64,000 nucleotides of DNA from Clostridia bacterium (GTDB lineage: Bacteria; Bacillota; Clostridia; Oscillospirales; CAG-272), in assembly GCA_017942005.1 (NCBI GenBank), contig JAGAVJ010000039.1:95591-159590 (forward strand), given 5' to 3'. A program made the translations under genes and the position numbers. The notes below the pieces were generated by a model. The model was not told the DNA's origin, did not search any database, and worked only from the letters and a program-made list of their open reading frames with translations. The stretch's first letter is position 1; each line of letters starts with the position of its first letter. Shown piece by piece: positions 8,845 to 18,602 of the stretch.

Positions 8845-10311
8845 TCAGGTGTCACCTGAAAGCAGCTTATCAATGGTCTTTTGAATTTGCTTTATATACC
8901 CTTTTTCATGCTTTGCCCAGGTAGACGCCACATTGTTTGAGCCGGTACGCAAAGGGGCGCTGCACGCCTGAATCACGCCCACGCCGCAATAGTAGGAAAG
9001 GTCATACGAGCGTGACGCAAGGATGATATCCAGCATCTCTGTCGACTGCGGATCTCGAACCACCTTATCCTTTAACGCAGTTTCATAGTAGGCAGGAATC
9101 ATGATTTCATAAGATGCAATCGCCATGGCATCAAGAATGGACGACAGGCGTTCATCATCCTCTATATTGGTTTTCGGAATGGTCAGAATGGGGGAAGCAC
9201 CGCCGACATGTGTGATATACTGCGCCTGTGCCGCATCCATTTTCGGGTACGGTATGACACCGAAGTTCAAATCCATATCGCGCAGCATTTCCAGATTGCG
9301 CAGTATGATCGCATAGCAGAAAATTTTATTTTCCTTAAAATAAGTAAGTCCCTCATACAAATCCAGGTCTGAGACGACATTGCTGCTCTTTAAAAATGGA
9401 GATAACATATCAAACATGTTTTGGGTGCGTTCTGCATCAAAATGAAACTGATACGTACCGTCATCGTCAATGGCGCCGTGCAGAAGATCACAGGCAAAGA
9501 ACCAGTTATAGGTCATGGAATTCGGGTCCTGGATATATCCAAACAAGTCATCCCCTGCCTGCATCTTACCGTCGCCGTTCAAATCTCCGGAAATTTCTGA
9601 GCAAATGGAAATGAATCGGTCAAGGGTCCATTGCCCATCCTCCACAAGACTGTAGATATCCTCAATGTCATGTGTTTCCGCTATGGTCTTATTGTAGATC
9701 ATCGCAAGTGTATCGTCGATTTCTGAAATTAAAATGCTGCCGCTCATCAGATACTGTCGATCCAATACGGAAAGTCCGCTGCGCGCCCCCTGTGACCACC
9801 ACGGCTGTGTATAGTCAATAGGAAGTGTATTCCAATCGCGCACCAGTCCCTCTGCTGCCATCGTTACAGACGATACCTTATAATCGCCTGCCATATCATA
9901 TGCGTTGTCGTTGGCAAGAACTGTGCTGCGCAGGGTTTTCTGCGGATCCTCCACTGCTTCCACCGCAATGCTGATATTCAGCTTATCCGCAAGCAGTCGA
10001 TTGCGCTGTACCACTGCGTCATTGATGACATCCCCTGTCTCCTCCGGAACCCACATCTCATCTGCAAAACGCGATGCAATGCCGAGTCCGTTTCCGTGGG
10101 CAAGATAGGTAAATGTATAGCCCTGATAATCCTTTTCCTTAATGCCATCGGTCATTTTAGGTTCTGCGGCTGTTTCTGTCGGTTCCGTGTTCTGTACCGC
10201 AGTATCGGTATCTTTTGCGGTCTTTGTATCCTTGATTGTTTGACAGGACGCAAACGTCCCCATCAAAGCAATCAGGCTAAGCGCCAAAAAAACTTTTTTA
10301 TCAGCTTTCAT
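8845..10311 (-). CDS. LplA-like extracellular solute-binding lipoprotein (paralog 1 of 5)
   Basis: Signal peptide and lipobox MKADKKVFLALSLIALMGTFASC. Shares the motif GVIPYPKMDAAQAQY with the four other paralogs. An in-frame TTG at 10335 is an alternative start. Confidence 0.7.
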   Translation of the reverse strand: MKADKKVFLALSLIALMGTFASCQTIKDTKTAKDTDTAVQNTEPTETAAEPKMTDGIKEKDYQGYTFTYLAHGNGLGIASRFADEMWVPEETGDVINDAVVQRNRLLADKLNISIAVEAVEDPQKTLRSTVLANDNAYDMAGDYKVSSVTMAAEGLVRDWNTLPIDYTQPWWSQGARSGLSVLDRQYLMSGSILISEIDDTLAMIYNKTIAETHDIEDIYSLVEDGQWTLDRFISICSEISGDLNGDGKMQAGDDLFGYIQDPNSMTYNWFFACDLLHGAIDDDGTYQFHFDAERTQNMFDMLSPFLKSSNVVSDLDLYEGLTYFKENKIFCYAIILRNLEMLRDMDLNFGVIPYPKMDAAQAQYITHVGGASPILTIPKTNIEDDERLSSILDAMAIASYEIMIPAYYETALKDKVVRDPQSTEMLDIILASRSYDLSYYCGVGVIQACSAPLRTGSNNVASTWAKHEKGYIKQIQKTIDKLLSGDT

Positions 10312-10332
10312 AATAATAAATATCACGATTAC

Positions 10333-10355
10333 CAAAGTAAAAGTGATCTCCTCTC
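10333..10355 (-). promoter_or_regulatory. Split SD-hairpin-TTGGTAATC start module
   Basis: Minus strand reads GAGAGGAGA-TCACTTTTACT-TTGGTAATCGTGAT..ATG. The ATCAC/GTGAT stem spans the alternative start. Confidence 0.3.
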
Positions 10356-10501
10356 TTTTTATAATGATACCATCGAACATGTCAAGGGAAGAAACGCTAC
10401 AGCAACAGTATACCACATGCAAAATGGCTTGTCAACTATTTTTTCCAACGTTTTTTTCATGGGAATTTTTCTTTTCGCTGCCGGAGAATCCATATCCGCT
10501 C

Positions 10502-10530
10502 TTGACAAATTCATATTTATTGTATATAAT
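10502..10530 (+). promoter_or_regulatory. Sigma-A type promoter for the 10625-13370 cluster
   Basis: TTGACA, a 17-nt spacer, then TATAAT; both hexamers match consensus exactly. Confidence 0.6.
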
Positions 10531-10624
10531 ATTCTTATCATTTCATAAAAAGTCGACATAGAAGCATTCGCTTCCCCTGTATGAATATCCGCAAAATTCA
10601 CCGATTGCGAAAGGAGTATGTTTT

Positions 10625-11740
10625 TTGCTGTATTTGCTGTTTCTTCTGGCTGAGCTGATCCTACTTCTGGCAATCTGCCTGCCGCTTGCATTTTTTGCAC
10701 CGCTTGGAGTCGCATTGGTTCTGATTGTAGTGCTCCTTGCAGCAGTGATTTTTCTTCATCCGGCAAAACGGCTGAGCCTGTATTACAAAGCGCGCCGCCG
10801 CCGTGTGGAACGCCGGTTTCGCCCGCGTCCCGTACCGGATGGCATCACACTGCGTCCCACATCTCCAAACGCAGCGGCAAATCTGACGCCGGCAGAGGTC
10901 TTTCGACTGATGGAGCTGACCGGCGCTGTCCCCAAAGACCGTCTTCCTGTCGCCGATTTCACAGCAACGCTGTTAGATTTAAACCGCCGCGGCATCCTTT
11001 CCATGCATATGTCGGAAGGAGAAGGCGCGGATTTTCTTCCCTCTGACGGTATCCGTATCGTCATCGGGCAGATCAACGGCAAAAAAGCCCTTGCGCCGCA
11101 TGAAATGCAGTTTCTGCACCTTCTGCGCCGTGCGGGAGGACCTGCATCCTCTGTACAGCTGTCTGCATTTGCAGAGTTCGTCAACCGTTCTCCTTCTGCC
11201 GCTCATAGAGAAACCGATGCCTTCCGTTTGGCAGTAGACAAGTCTCTCAGACAGAAAAAATGTCTCGGCTATATCAAGGAACATAAAAAGCGTACCAAAA
11301 ACGGCGTCGTCACCACCTCGATTCCGCGCAGAATCTGCATCATCACACGGTATGGAGAACAGCTCGCCGCCATGTGGCGTACCTATTATAAAAACATCTG
11401 CGCCCATCCGTTTATAGACTCCTATCAACCCAAACCCGGCGCAGCACAGAAACGGTTTGCAGACGAAGCAGAACAGCTTTTGGTCGATGCCGCGGCATGC
11501 GGCTGCTGTGCACGTGCAGCAGAAGCGCTGATGCGGGAATATCTCTTTGAACCGATGGAGCTTTGGCCGCAGACCAAATATTTTTCGTCTTTGACGGAAA
11601 CCCGTTATGCATTTGCAGATTCAGACAGCGGCGAAACCTATTTCTTTATGCCGCTTAGACGGTTTGAAACCGCCATTCAGACAGCGGTGCTGCATGGAAT
11701 CTCTGTCATCGGAGACCGCAGACTGTTCCAAGGACTATAA
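10625..11740 (+). CDS. Hypothetical membrane-anchored protein
   Basis: TTG start 8 nt after GAAAGGAG. Two N-terminal TM helices are followed by an Arg-rich linker and a soluble domain. I do not recognise the family; the resemblance to DUF2207 is weak. Confidence 0.5.
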   Translation: MLYLLFLLAELILLLAICLPLAFFAPLGVALVLIVVLLAAVIFLHPAKRLSLYYKARRRRVERRFRPRPVPDGITLRPTSPNAAANLTPAEVFRLMELTGAVPKDRLPVADFTATLLDLNRRGILSMHMSEGEGADFLPSDGIRIVIGQINGKKALAPHEMQFLHLLRRAGGPASSVQLSAFAEFVNRSPSAAHRETDAFRLAVDKSLRQKKCLGYIKEHKKRTKNGVVTTSIPRRICIITRYGEQLAAMWRTYYKNICAHPFIDSYQPKPGAAQKRFADEAEQLLVDAAACGCCARAAEALMREYLFEPMELWPQTKYFSSLTETRYAFADSDSGETYFFMPLRRFETAIQTAVLHGISVIGDRRLFQGL

Positions 11741-11775
11741 GTGTTGTTATAGCGGCTTGCCCCGCAATCTCAGAA

Positions 11776-11855
11776 AAGAAAGGAACGATCTTTTTTCGTT
11801 TTGTATACAGGTTTTTTCATTCCGGAATCGAAAAAAGTATCGTCAGAATCCTATG
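11776..11855 (+). promoter_or_regulatory. Split SD-hairpin(s)-ATGGTA start module
   Basis: AAGAAAGGAA, then hairpins AACGA/TCGTT and TTTTTTCATTCC/GGAATCGAAAAAA, then CCTATGGTAATC. There is no SD next to the ATG. Confidence 0.4.
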
Positions 11856-12629
11856 GTAATCAAAAATACGGAAGCCACCATTGCATACCGCTGTCCGCAC
11901 TGCGGCTCCGGAATTCTCTCTTTAATCGGTGTTTTCTCCCTCTCGGGAGATATGATCAAGCTGAAATGTGACTGCGGAAAGTCTGAGCTGATCATTCAAA
12001 AAACAAAAGACGGCAAGCTGCGCCTGACTGTCCCATGCATGTTTTGTCCCAAACCGCACCAGTATGTATTTCCGCGCAGTGCGTTTTTTGACGAATCCAT
12101 TTATACCATTCCCTGTGCGATGACTGGGATCGACATCTGCTTCATCGGTCGTAAGGACGATGTATTGAAAGGGTTGGAAGACTCCGAAAAGCAGATATTG
12201 GCATTATTGCGGCAGGCAGGATGTGACCCCAACGCATCACTGGAAACGCTGCTGTCCGACATGCCAGAGCAGGCCGACGACGAAGACGACAGCGATGATA
12301 TCTTGGATGATGTTAATTTTACAGACAATCACATCTACGATATGGTGCTGTTTGTTGTGCGCGAGCTGATTGCAGATAACCGCATTTACTGCCGCTGCAC
12401 GGAGCACGGAGAAACCGGCGAGTACGATGTGGTTTGTGACCGCGCCTCCATTTATGTTACCTGTAACCGATGCGGCGCGCGGCATGCCATCCGCTGCAAC
12501 GGTTCTATGGCGACACAAGCATTTTTAGAAACAGACAGTCTGACTTTAAGCGGTATGCGTGCGGACTTTTCCGACGATGAAGTATCTGACAAAAACGAAA
12601 ATTCTCTGGAAAACGAATCAAATTCATAA
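11853..12629 (+). CDS. Hypothetical double zinc-ribbon protein with acidic linker and tail
   Basis: CPHCG..CDCG..CMFCP in the N-terminal half and CRC..CNRCG..C in the C-terminal half. Start at ATGGTAATC; the longer track ORF overlaps the upstream gene. Confidence 0.55.
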   Translation: MVIKNTEATIAYRCPHCGSGILSLIGVFSLSGDMIKLKCDCGKSELIIQKTKDGKLRLTVPCMFCPKPHQYVFPRSAFFDESIYTIPCAMTGIDICFIGRKDDVLKGLEDSEKQILALLRQAGCDPNASLETLLSDMPEQADDEDDSDDILDDVNFTDNHIYDMVLFVVRELIADNRIYCRCTEHGETGEYDVVCDRASIYVTCNRCGARHAIRCNGSMATQAFLETDSLTLSGMRADFSDDEVSDKNENSLENESNS

Positions 12630-12644
12630 GGGAGCGTATCTGAA

Positions 12645-13370
12645 ATGCTTGAAAAAATATATACCATACCCGTCAATGAGGCATTTGAATCCTCCCGCGA
12701 TGATCCTGTCTGCGGCTGCCCGTTGTGTTCACTATACAATAAGCTTGAAGAAAATGAGCTTGACCGAATTCTCGGCGCGGCGTTAATGGAACCGGACGTC
12801 CGTATTGAAACAAACGCACAGGGCTTCTGCGATACCCACTTTAAAATGATGTTCGTGCGCAAAAACAGACTGGGACTCGGACTGATGCTGGAAAGCCATC
12901 TGTCTGAAGTGGCAAAGGGGCAGAAAAATAAACAATTTACCTTAAAGGGTGCGGGTGTGGAGCAGGAAGAAAAGCTCGAAAAATTGGAACACAGCTGTTA
13001 TATCTGCTCCCGTATCGAACAGTCCTATAAAAAGATGATTGCGACAGTGCTGTATCTTTGGGAAAACGACAAAGATTTCCGCACAAAATGTGAAGCGCAG
13101 CCGTTTTTCTGCCTGCCGCATTACCGCCGTCTGATTGCAGAAGCGCGGACTTCCATCAATAAAAAGACCTTCTCCGCCTTTTATGAACAGATTTCCGGCA
13201 TTGAAAACGCATATCTTGAAAAAATCGGCGGCGATGTTTCCTGGTTCTGCAAAAAATTTGACTACCGATACAGCGATGAACCGTGGTACGATTCCAAAGA
13301 TGCGGTAGAACGCGCGATACGGTTTTTATCCGGAGATCTCCACAAAGACCCCAAGCGCGTACAGAGCTGA
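12645..13370 (+). CDS. Conserved clostridial Cys-rich hypothetical protein (possibly DUF6062 family)
   Basis: The N-terminus IYTIPVNEAF..CGCPLCSL...LG..LMEPDVRIETN..GFCDTHF and a second motif CYICSR..C..FFCLPH suggest the family. The family name is from memory and unverified. Confidence 0.5.
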   Translation: MLEKIYTIPVNEAFESSRDDPVCGCPLCSLYNKLEENELDRILGAALMEPDVRIETNAQGFCDTHFKMMFVRKNRLGLGLMLESHLSEVAKGQKNKQFTLKGAGVEQEEKLEKLEHSCYICSRIEQSYKKMIATVLYLWENDKDFRTKCEAQPFFCLPHYRRLIAEARTSINKKTFSAFYEQISGIENAYLEKIGGDVSWFCKKFDYRYSDEPWYDSKDAVERAIRFLSGDLHKDPKRVQS

Positions 13371-13463
13371 GTGCAGTTTCTGCTGTTTGGCATTGCCCTA
13401 TCATTCTCTAAATATTCCTATACTATCATTTAATATCATTATTTTATCGGAGGTACCATACTT

Positions 13464-15680
13464 ATGGCACTGTTTGATCACGCACGCTGGCTCTGGGATC
13501 CAGCATACAGCAAAGCGGAAAACGTTTACATGGATTTTGATGAGCACTTTACCGTAAAATCCAAAGCAAAAGCCTATACGATGTATATCAGCGCAGATGC
13601 AAACTACGCAGTATATGTCAACGGCAATCTGATTTCATTCGGTCAGTATGCCGATTATGAAACCTACAAGGTGTATGATACCCTAAATTTGACGGATGCC
13701 ATCAAGGAAGGAGAAAATGACATCCGTGTGACGGTGCACGGCCGCGGACATAATTTCTCCACATACCGCATCGGTCAGCCGGGTGTGATTTATGAGCTTT
13801 ATGCCGATGACAATCTTTTTGTGCTTTCTTCGACTGAAACCAAAATGGCGCTCAATCCGTGCTACAAAAACGGCGCTGTGGAAATCGTGACAGGCCAGCT
13901 TGGCTTTTCTTATCACTATGACGCCACAAAGGAAGGCGCAAACGATGCCGCCTTTAAAAATGCACAGGTTGTGGAAAAGCCAAAGCCTGCATATCCGCGT
14001 CCCATCAAAAAGCTCGTCGTCGGAGAGAATCAGCCTGCGCTCCTCTTTGCGCAGGGACTCTTTACCGACTGCCGCACAGCAAACCTGAACATCGCGCAGA
14101 AATTGCAGTATGCATTCCTTTCCGCAAGAGAACAGTCTCTGCTTTGCGGTCACGGTGAAAATCTGAATTTCACAGGGGATACCGGTATCACCTTCCATTG
14201 CGACCACTGCGACAACAGTGCAGACGGTATGTATCTCACCCTTGATCTTGGCGTGGAATCTGCCGGCGTATTCTCGATTGACATTGACGTTCCAAAGGAA
14301 ACCGAAATTCTCATCGGCTGGGGGGAACATCTCGATGATCTGCGTCCCCGCGCATGGGTCGGCCGCTGCTTTGCACTGCGCTACAAGGCAAAGGCAGGAC
14401 GCAATACCTTTGTGGGACCGTTTCTGCGTCTCGGTCTGCGGTATATGCAGGTGCATATTTACGCAGAACGTGCCACTGTCTATTATGCCGGCATCAAACC
14501 GACCGATTATCCGCTTGACCATACACCATACTTCCAGTGCGCAGACCATCTGCACAATAAGATTTATGAAGTCTGTGTCAGAACCCTTGAAAAATGCATG
14601 CATGAGCATTATGAAGACTGCCCCTGGAGAGAACAGTCTCTGTATTCCATGGACAGCCGCAACCAGATGCTGTGCGGCTATTATACCTTCGGTGAAACGG
14701 AATTTGCAAAGGCGTCTCTCCGCTTAATGGCGCTTTCCCTGCGTGAGGACGGTATGCTGGAGCTTTGCTCCCCGGCTGTGGTTTCCATCACCATTCCATC
14801 GTTTACCGCGATTTTTGTCACACAATTGGAAGAATACCTGCGGTATTCCGGCGATCTTTCCTTTATCGAAGAAATGATGCCAACCGCACGTGCCATCGTA
14901 AAGGCATTCACTGCACAGCTGAACAATGAAGAAAAACTGTTAAAATGCCGTGCAGAGGGCATCTACTGGAACTTCTATGAGTGGCAGTCCGGTCTGGACG
15001 GCGCCATCGGCTCTTCAATGCCTGAGGAGGAACGCACCTACGATGCGCCGATGAACGCGTTCTTCTCCATGGCACTGCGCGCCATTGCAAAGCTGGAAGA
15101 AGCTGTAGGCCAGACAGACGCCGCAGCAGACTATCTTGCGCAGAAGAAAGCGCTTGACGAAAACATGGACCGTCTGTTCTGGGATCGTGAACATCAGGCC
15201 TATGCGACCTATGTCAAACGCGGTGAGCGTTACCACTATGCAGAGCTGACCAATTCGCTGATTGTCTATGCGGATGCATGCCCTGAAAACAAGCAGGACG
15301 CCGTTATGGAAGCGCTGGTTTCCAAAACACTGCTGCCGGTCACACTCAGCCACTCGATCTATAAATACGAAGTGCTGCTCCGCAATCCTGCCAAGTATGC
15401 GCATTGGGTCTTTGACGAGATTGCTGACGTCTGGGGCAAAATGCTGTACAATAATGCAACCACCTTCTATGAAACCGAGGAAGGTTCCCGTGCCTTTGGC
15501 AGTGCAGGTTCTCTCTGCCATGGCTGGTCTGCAATTCCTGCCTATCTGTATTTTGCATATGTGCTTGGTCTGAAGCCAACCGGAAACGGATATGCTTCCT
15601 ATGAAATCAAACCGCTGGATACCGGTATCTACGCAGCAGAAGGTCTTGCAGTCACACCTGCCGGCAACATCAATCTTTAA
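13464..15680 (+). CDS. GH78-like alpha-L-rhamnosidase family glycoside hydrolase
   Basis: 738 aa. Has a bacterial rhamnosidase-type N-terminal beta domain followed by a six-hairpin domain (YEDCPWREQ, WNFYEW, CHGWSAIPAYL). Confidence 0.6.
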   Translation: MALFDHARWLWDPAYSKAENVYMDFDEHFTVKSKAKAYTMYISADANYAVYVNGNLISFGQYADYETYKVYDTLNLTDAIKEGENDIRVTVHGRGHNFSTYRIGQPGVIYELYADDNLFVLSSTETKMALNPCYKNGAVEIVTGQLGFSYHYDATKEGANDAAFKNAQVVEKPKPAYPRPIKKLVVGENQPALLFAQGLFTDCRTANLNIAQKLQYAFLSAREQSLLCGHGENLNFTGDTGITFHCDHCDNSADGMYLTLDLGVESAGVFSIDIDVPKETEILIGWGEHLDDLRPRAWVGRCFALRYKAKAGRNTFVGPFLRLGLRYMQVHIYAERATVYYAGIKPTDYPLDHTPYFQCADHLHNKIYEVCVRTLEKCMHEHYEDCPWREQSLYSMDSRNQMLCGYYTFGETEFAKASLRLMALSLREDGMLELCSPAVVSITIPSFTAIFVTQLEEYLRYSGDLSFIEEMMPTARAIVKAFTAQLNNEEKLLKCRAEGIYWNFYEWQSGLDGAIGSSMPEEERTYDAPMNAFFSMALRAIAKLEEAVGQTDAAADYLAQKKALDENMDRLFWDREHQAYATYVKRGERYHYAELTNSLIVYADACPENKQDAVMEALVSKTLLPVTLSHSIYKYEVLLRNPAKYAHWVFDEIADVWGKMLYNNATTFYETEEGSRAFGSAGSLCHGWSAIPAYLYFAYVLGLKPTGNGYASYEIKPLDTGIYAAEGLAVTPAGNINL

Positions 15681-15691
15681 TTTGAATATTT

Positions 15692-15765
15692 GGGGATTCT
15701 CCCAAAACCCCAATTCAAGGAACTTTTCGAGAAAAGTTCCTTGAAAATCTTCAAAAGCTTTTTTT
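15692..15765 (+). repeat. Family A (hairpin + mirror tract) elements, two units
   Basis: GGGGA-TTC-TCCC-AAAA-CCCC, then AAGGAACTTTTCGAGAAAAGTTCCTT-GAAAA-TCTTC-AAAAGCTT. Lies directly after the GH78-like stop codon. Confidence 0.6.
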
Positions 15766-15787
15766 CGACAAAAGGAGTTCGATTCCT

Positions 15788-17518
15788 ATGCCGTCTACTT
15801 TTATCAACAGTGTCCGTGCCATTTTCGATGCAGAGCGGATTGAAATGGCAGCAGCGATCCCCTTTTCCGCCTGCCGTGTCACCAATCCCGAAAAGCTTGC
15901 ACAGCGCGGGGTAGCAGAATCTCAAAGCGTACTTGTGTTTCTGGTTCCCTATTATGCAGGCGCCGCTTCTATGAACGGTTCGGACAGTGCCCACCGCCCA
16001 AACATCTCCAATTACGCTGCGGCGCGGGATTATCATGTCTATTTCAAAGGATTTTTTGAGCGGGTCTGCGCAAAGCTGCATGAAACGTTTCCGGAATACC
16101 GCTTTTCGGGTTCTGCCGACAACGCACCGATTGATGAACGGCATGCGGCGGTAACCGCCGGACTTGGCATGTACGGCGACAGTGGACTTTTAATCAACGA
16201 AATCTACGGTACCTACGTCTTTATCGGCGAAATTTTTTCCGATATGCCGTGGGAGCAGTATTACGACCATTGCACCACTCCGTTTGAGCCGCAGCATGCC
16301 GTCTGTATGCACTGCGGCGCATGCAAAAAGCACTGCCCGATGTATGATAATCCCTTCGGCGTCAATCGCTGTCTTTCCGAGGTTACACAGACAAAGAACC
16401 TTGAAACACTGGCAGCAGGGTCGGCTGCTTTCTCCGCCCGGGACTGTATTGATCTCATCCGCTATTACGGCTCCGCCTGGGGCTGTGACCGCTGTCAGAC
16501 CTTCTGCCCCTACAACAAGGAAGCACGCATCACGCCCATTCCGTTCTTTTTGGAAGCGCTGACGCCGCATCTGACTGCCGAACAGGTACAAACCATGCCG
16601 GATGCAGTATTTGCGGAACGTGCTTATGCATGGCGCAAAAAATCGACCATTGTGCGCAACCTGGAAATTCTGGAAGCAGATGCTGCAGCCGGTCTTCCCT
16701 GTGCTGCCGCACTGGAGGATATCCTTTCCGCCATCCGGAATGCCGGTGCTTTCATGCGCACTGCTCATGATGTGGAACAGGAAACGGGTTCCATCACAGA
16801 AAAAACGGGAGACGCCAATTTTGTCACCGTCTACGACGTCCGTGTACAGGAAATGCTGATGAAAGCGCTGCAAAACATTCTTCCGCACGCACAGTTTTTT
16901 GCCGAGGAAAAAGAAAATGATCCTGCCATGCTGTCTACCGGGGATACCTTCATCATTGATCCCATCGACGGAACCACCAATTTTATCCATAATTATGGCA
17001 TTTCCGCAATTTCGGTAGGACTTTTGCATAACGGAATTCCGGTCTTCGGCGCCGTGTACAATCCCTATCGGGAAAAGATGTACGAAGCACGGCGCGGCAT
17101 CGGGGCATTCTGCAATGGAAAAAAGATGCATGTCAGCAGCCGTCCGCCCCATAAGGGTGTATTTGCCGTCGGAACCGCTCCCTATTATCGATCCATATTG
17201 GGGGATAACACATTTGCAGTGATGCGCCGATTGTTCGATCTCGGTGCGGACATTCGCCGGCTTGGCTCTGCAGCTCTGGACCTGTGTGCCGTTGCGTCTG
17301 GAGTTGCCGACGGTTATGTGGAGCTGCGCATTTCCCCGTGGGACTTTGCCGCCGGTGCACTGCTTGTCACAGAAGCAGGCGGCGTGATTACAGATACAGA
17401 CGGAAATCCCCTGGATTTCAAACACGCCTGTCCCGTTGGCGTCATTGCCGGAACACCGTCCACACATGTAGCGCTGTTAGAAGCGGTGCATGCGGCATAC
17501 AAAAAAGGAAATATTTAA
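15788..17518 (+). CDS. Fusion protein: QueG-like (DUF1730 / 4Fe-4S) domain + inositol monophosphatase family domain
   Basis: N-terminal half: ARDYH, GLGMYGDSGLLINEIYGTYVFIGEIF, CMHCGACKKHCP. C-terminal half: FFAEEKE, IIDPIDGTTNFIH, WDFAAGALLVTEAGG. It is a single uninterrupted ORF. Confidence 0.7.
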   Translation: MPSTFINSVRAIFDAERIEMAAAIPFSACRVTNPEKLAQRGVAESQSVLVFLVPYYAGAASMNGSDSAHRPNISNYAAARDYHVYFKGFFERVCAKLHETFPEYRFSGSADNAPIDERHAAVTAGLGMYGDSGLLINEIYGTYVFIGEIFSDMPWEQYYDHCTTPFEPQHAVCMHCGACKKHCPMYDNPFGVNRCLSEVTQTKNLETLAAGSAAFSARDCIDLIRYYGSAWGCDRCQTFCPYNKEARITPIPFFLEALTPHLTAEQVQTMPDAVFAERAYAWRKKSTIVRNLEILEADAAAGLPCAAALEDILSAIRNAGAFMRTAHDVEQETGSITEKTGDANFVTVYDVRVQEMLMKALQNILPHAQFFAEEKENDPAMLSTGDTFIIDPIDGTTNFIHNYGISAISVGLLHNGIPVFGAVYNPYREKMYEARRGIGAFCNGKKMHVSSRPPHKGVFAVGTAPYYRSILGDNTFAVMRRLFDLGADIRRLGSAALDLCAVASGVADGYVELRISPWDFAAGALLVTEAGGVITDTDGNPLDFKHACPVGVIAGTPSTHVALLEAVHAAYKKGNI

Positions 17519-17545
17519 ACCAACCACATAAAAGGAGTTATATCT

Positions 17546-18364
17546 ATGCTTGATTTTCTATCTTCTGTTTTAGTATCCTTGGGTGAGCTTGCGATGTCTG
17601 TCGGTATGAAGCTGGTTTATGCGGTCATCCTTCTCATCGTCGGTCTGAAGCTGACCAAATTTATCTGCAAAAAGTTCCAAACATGCAGACTGTATCAGCA
17701 CCTGGAGGCGAGTGTTGCAAAATTTTTAAGCAGCGCAATCCGCATTTCCCTGTATGTGATTGTCTTTATTTCCTTTGCTATGGTGCTCGGTGTTCCTGCC
17801 ACATCCTTCATCACCATTCTCGGTTCTGCCGGTTTGGCGGTCGGTCTTGCACTGCAGGGTTCTCTCTCCAATCTCGCCGGCAGCATTATGATTCTGCTTT
17901 TTAAGCCCTTCAAGGTCGGTGACTTTATTGAAACCGCAGGCTTTTCCGGTGTTGTGGAAGAAATCAACATTTTTTACACCATCCTGAACACCCCGGACAA
18001 CAAGCGCATCACACTGCCAAACGGTTCTGTTTCCAGCAACGTCATCGTAGACTATTCTACCAATGACAACCGTCGTGTCGATTTGACCTTCAGCGTCGCA
18101 TACGGTACGGATATTCAAAAGATGAAGGAACTTCTGCTCAAGGCAGCAGACGACCATACGCTTGTACTGAAAGACCCTGCTCCCGCTGCAATGTTCCAAA
18201 GTCATGGAGACAGCGCCTTAAACTTTGTGCTCCGCGTATGGTGCAGAAGCGGTGACTATTGGACAGTCAACTTTGAACTGCTTGAACAGATTCATGCAGC
18301 AATGCTTGCGGAAAGCATTGAGATTCCTTTCCCGCAGATGGATGTGCATGTCAAGAATACTTAA
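17546..18364 (+). CDS. Small-conductance mechanosensitive channel (MscS family)
   Basis: Three TM helices followed by the MscS beta-domain motif PFKVGDFIE..G..G.V.EI. Confidence 0.85.
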   Translation: MLDFLSSVLVSLGELAMSVGMKLVYAVILLIVGLKLTKFICKKFQTCRLYQHLEASVAKFLSSAIRISLYVIVFISFAMVLGVPATSFITILGSAGLAVGLALQGSLSNLAGSIMILLFKPFKVGDFIETAGFSGVVEEINIFYTILNTPDNKRITLPNGSVSSNVIVDYSTNDNRRVDLTFSVAYGTDIQKMKELLLKAADDHTLVLKDPAPAAMFQSHGDSALNFVLRVWCRSGDYWTVNFELLEQIHAAMLAESIEIPFPQMDVHVKNT

Positions 18365-18424
18365 AATTTCATTCGATATGCCGCGAACAAATAGAAACAA
18401 TTTGTAAACAAATTGTATATATAC

Positions 18425-18452
18425 TTGTATTTTCTGCAATTTGTGGTATAAT
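18425..18452 (+). promoter_or_regulatory. Putative extended -10 promoter
   Basis: TTGTAT, a 16-nt spacer, then TGgTATAAT. Confidence 0.35.
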
Positions 18453-18465
18453 GAATATAAATATA

Positions 18466-18515
18466 AGCGCATTTATGCACGTAATAAAAGAACACCGTGC
18501 GCTGATGCGCTTTTT
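18466..18515 (+). terminator. Terminator-like hairpin in the 5' leader of the decarboxylase beta-subunit gene
   Basis: GCGCAT..GCACG(14 nt)CGTGC..ATGCGC followed by TTTTT. It starts about 15 nt after the putative -10 box. Confidence 0.3.
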
Positions 18516-18602
18516 GCATGCGTTTTCATATTCAAGTGACTGTATCACGCAGACGTTTGAATATGGTGCTGCAATTCCACTCATGAAAGGACCCTTAAAA
18601 TC

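Noticed and set aside
15774-15786. GGAGTTCGATTCC resembles a tRNA T-arm/T-loop, and related GAGTTCGAT words occur at 19893, 46123 and 61229.
   Set aside because: No complementary T-stem, acceptor or anticodon arm is present. The word is instead the terminal inverted repeat of the family A/MITE element.
16190-17467. Long antisense shadow ORFs: 16190..17467 (425 aa), 13683..14609 (308 aa), 25145..26020 (291 aa), 48663..49505 (280 aa), 39822..40451, 15015..15713 and 28177..29064.
   Set aside because: Each lies opposite a gene with strong family motifs. Their translations are Cys/Arg/Gly-rich low-information sequences with no motifs, typical of shadow ORFs.
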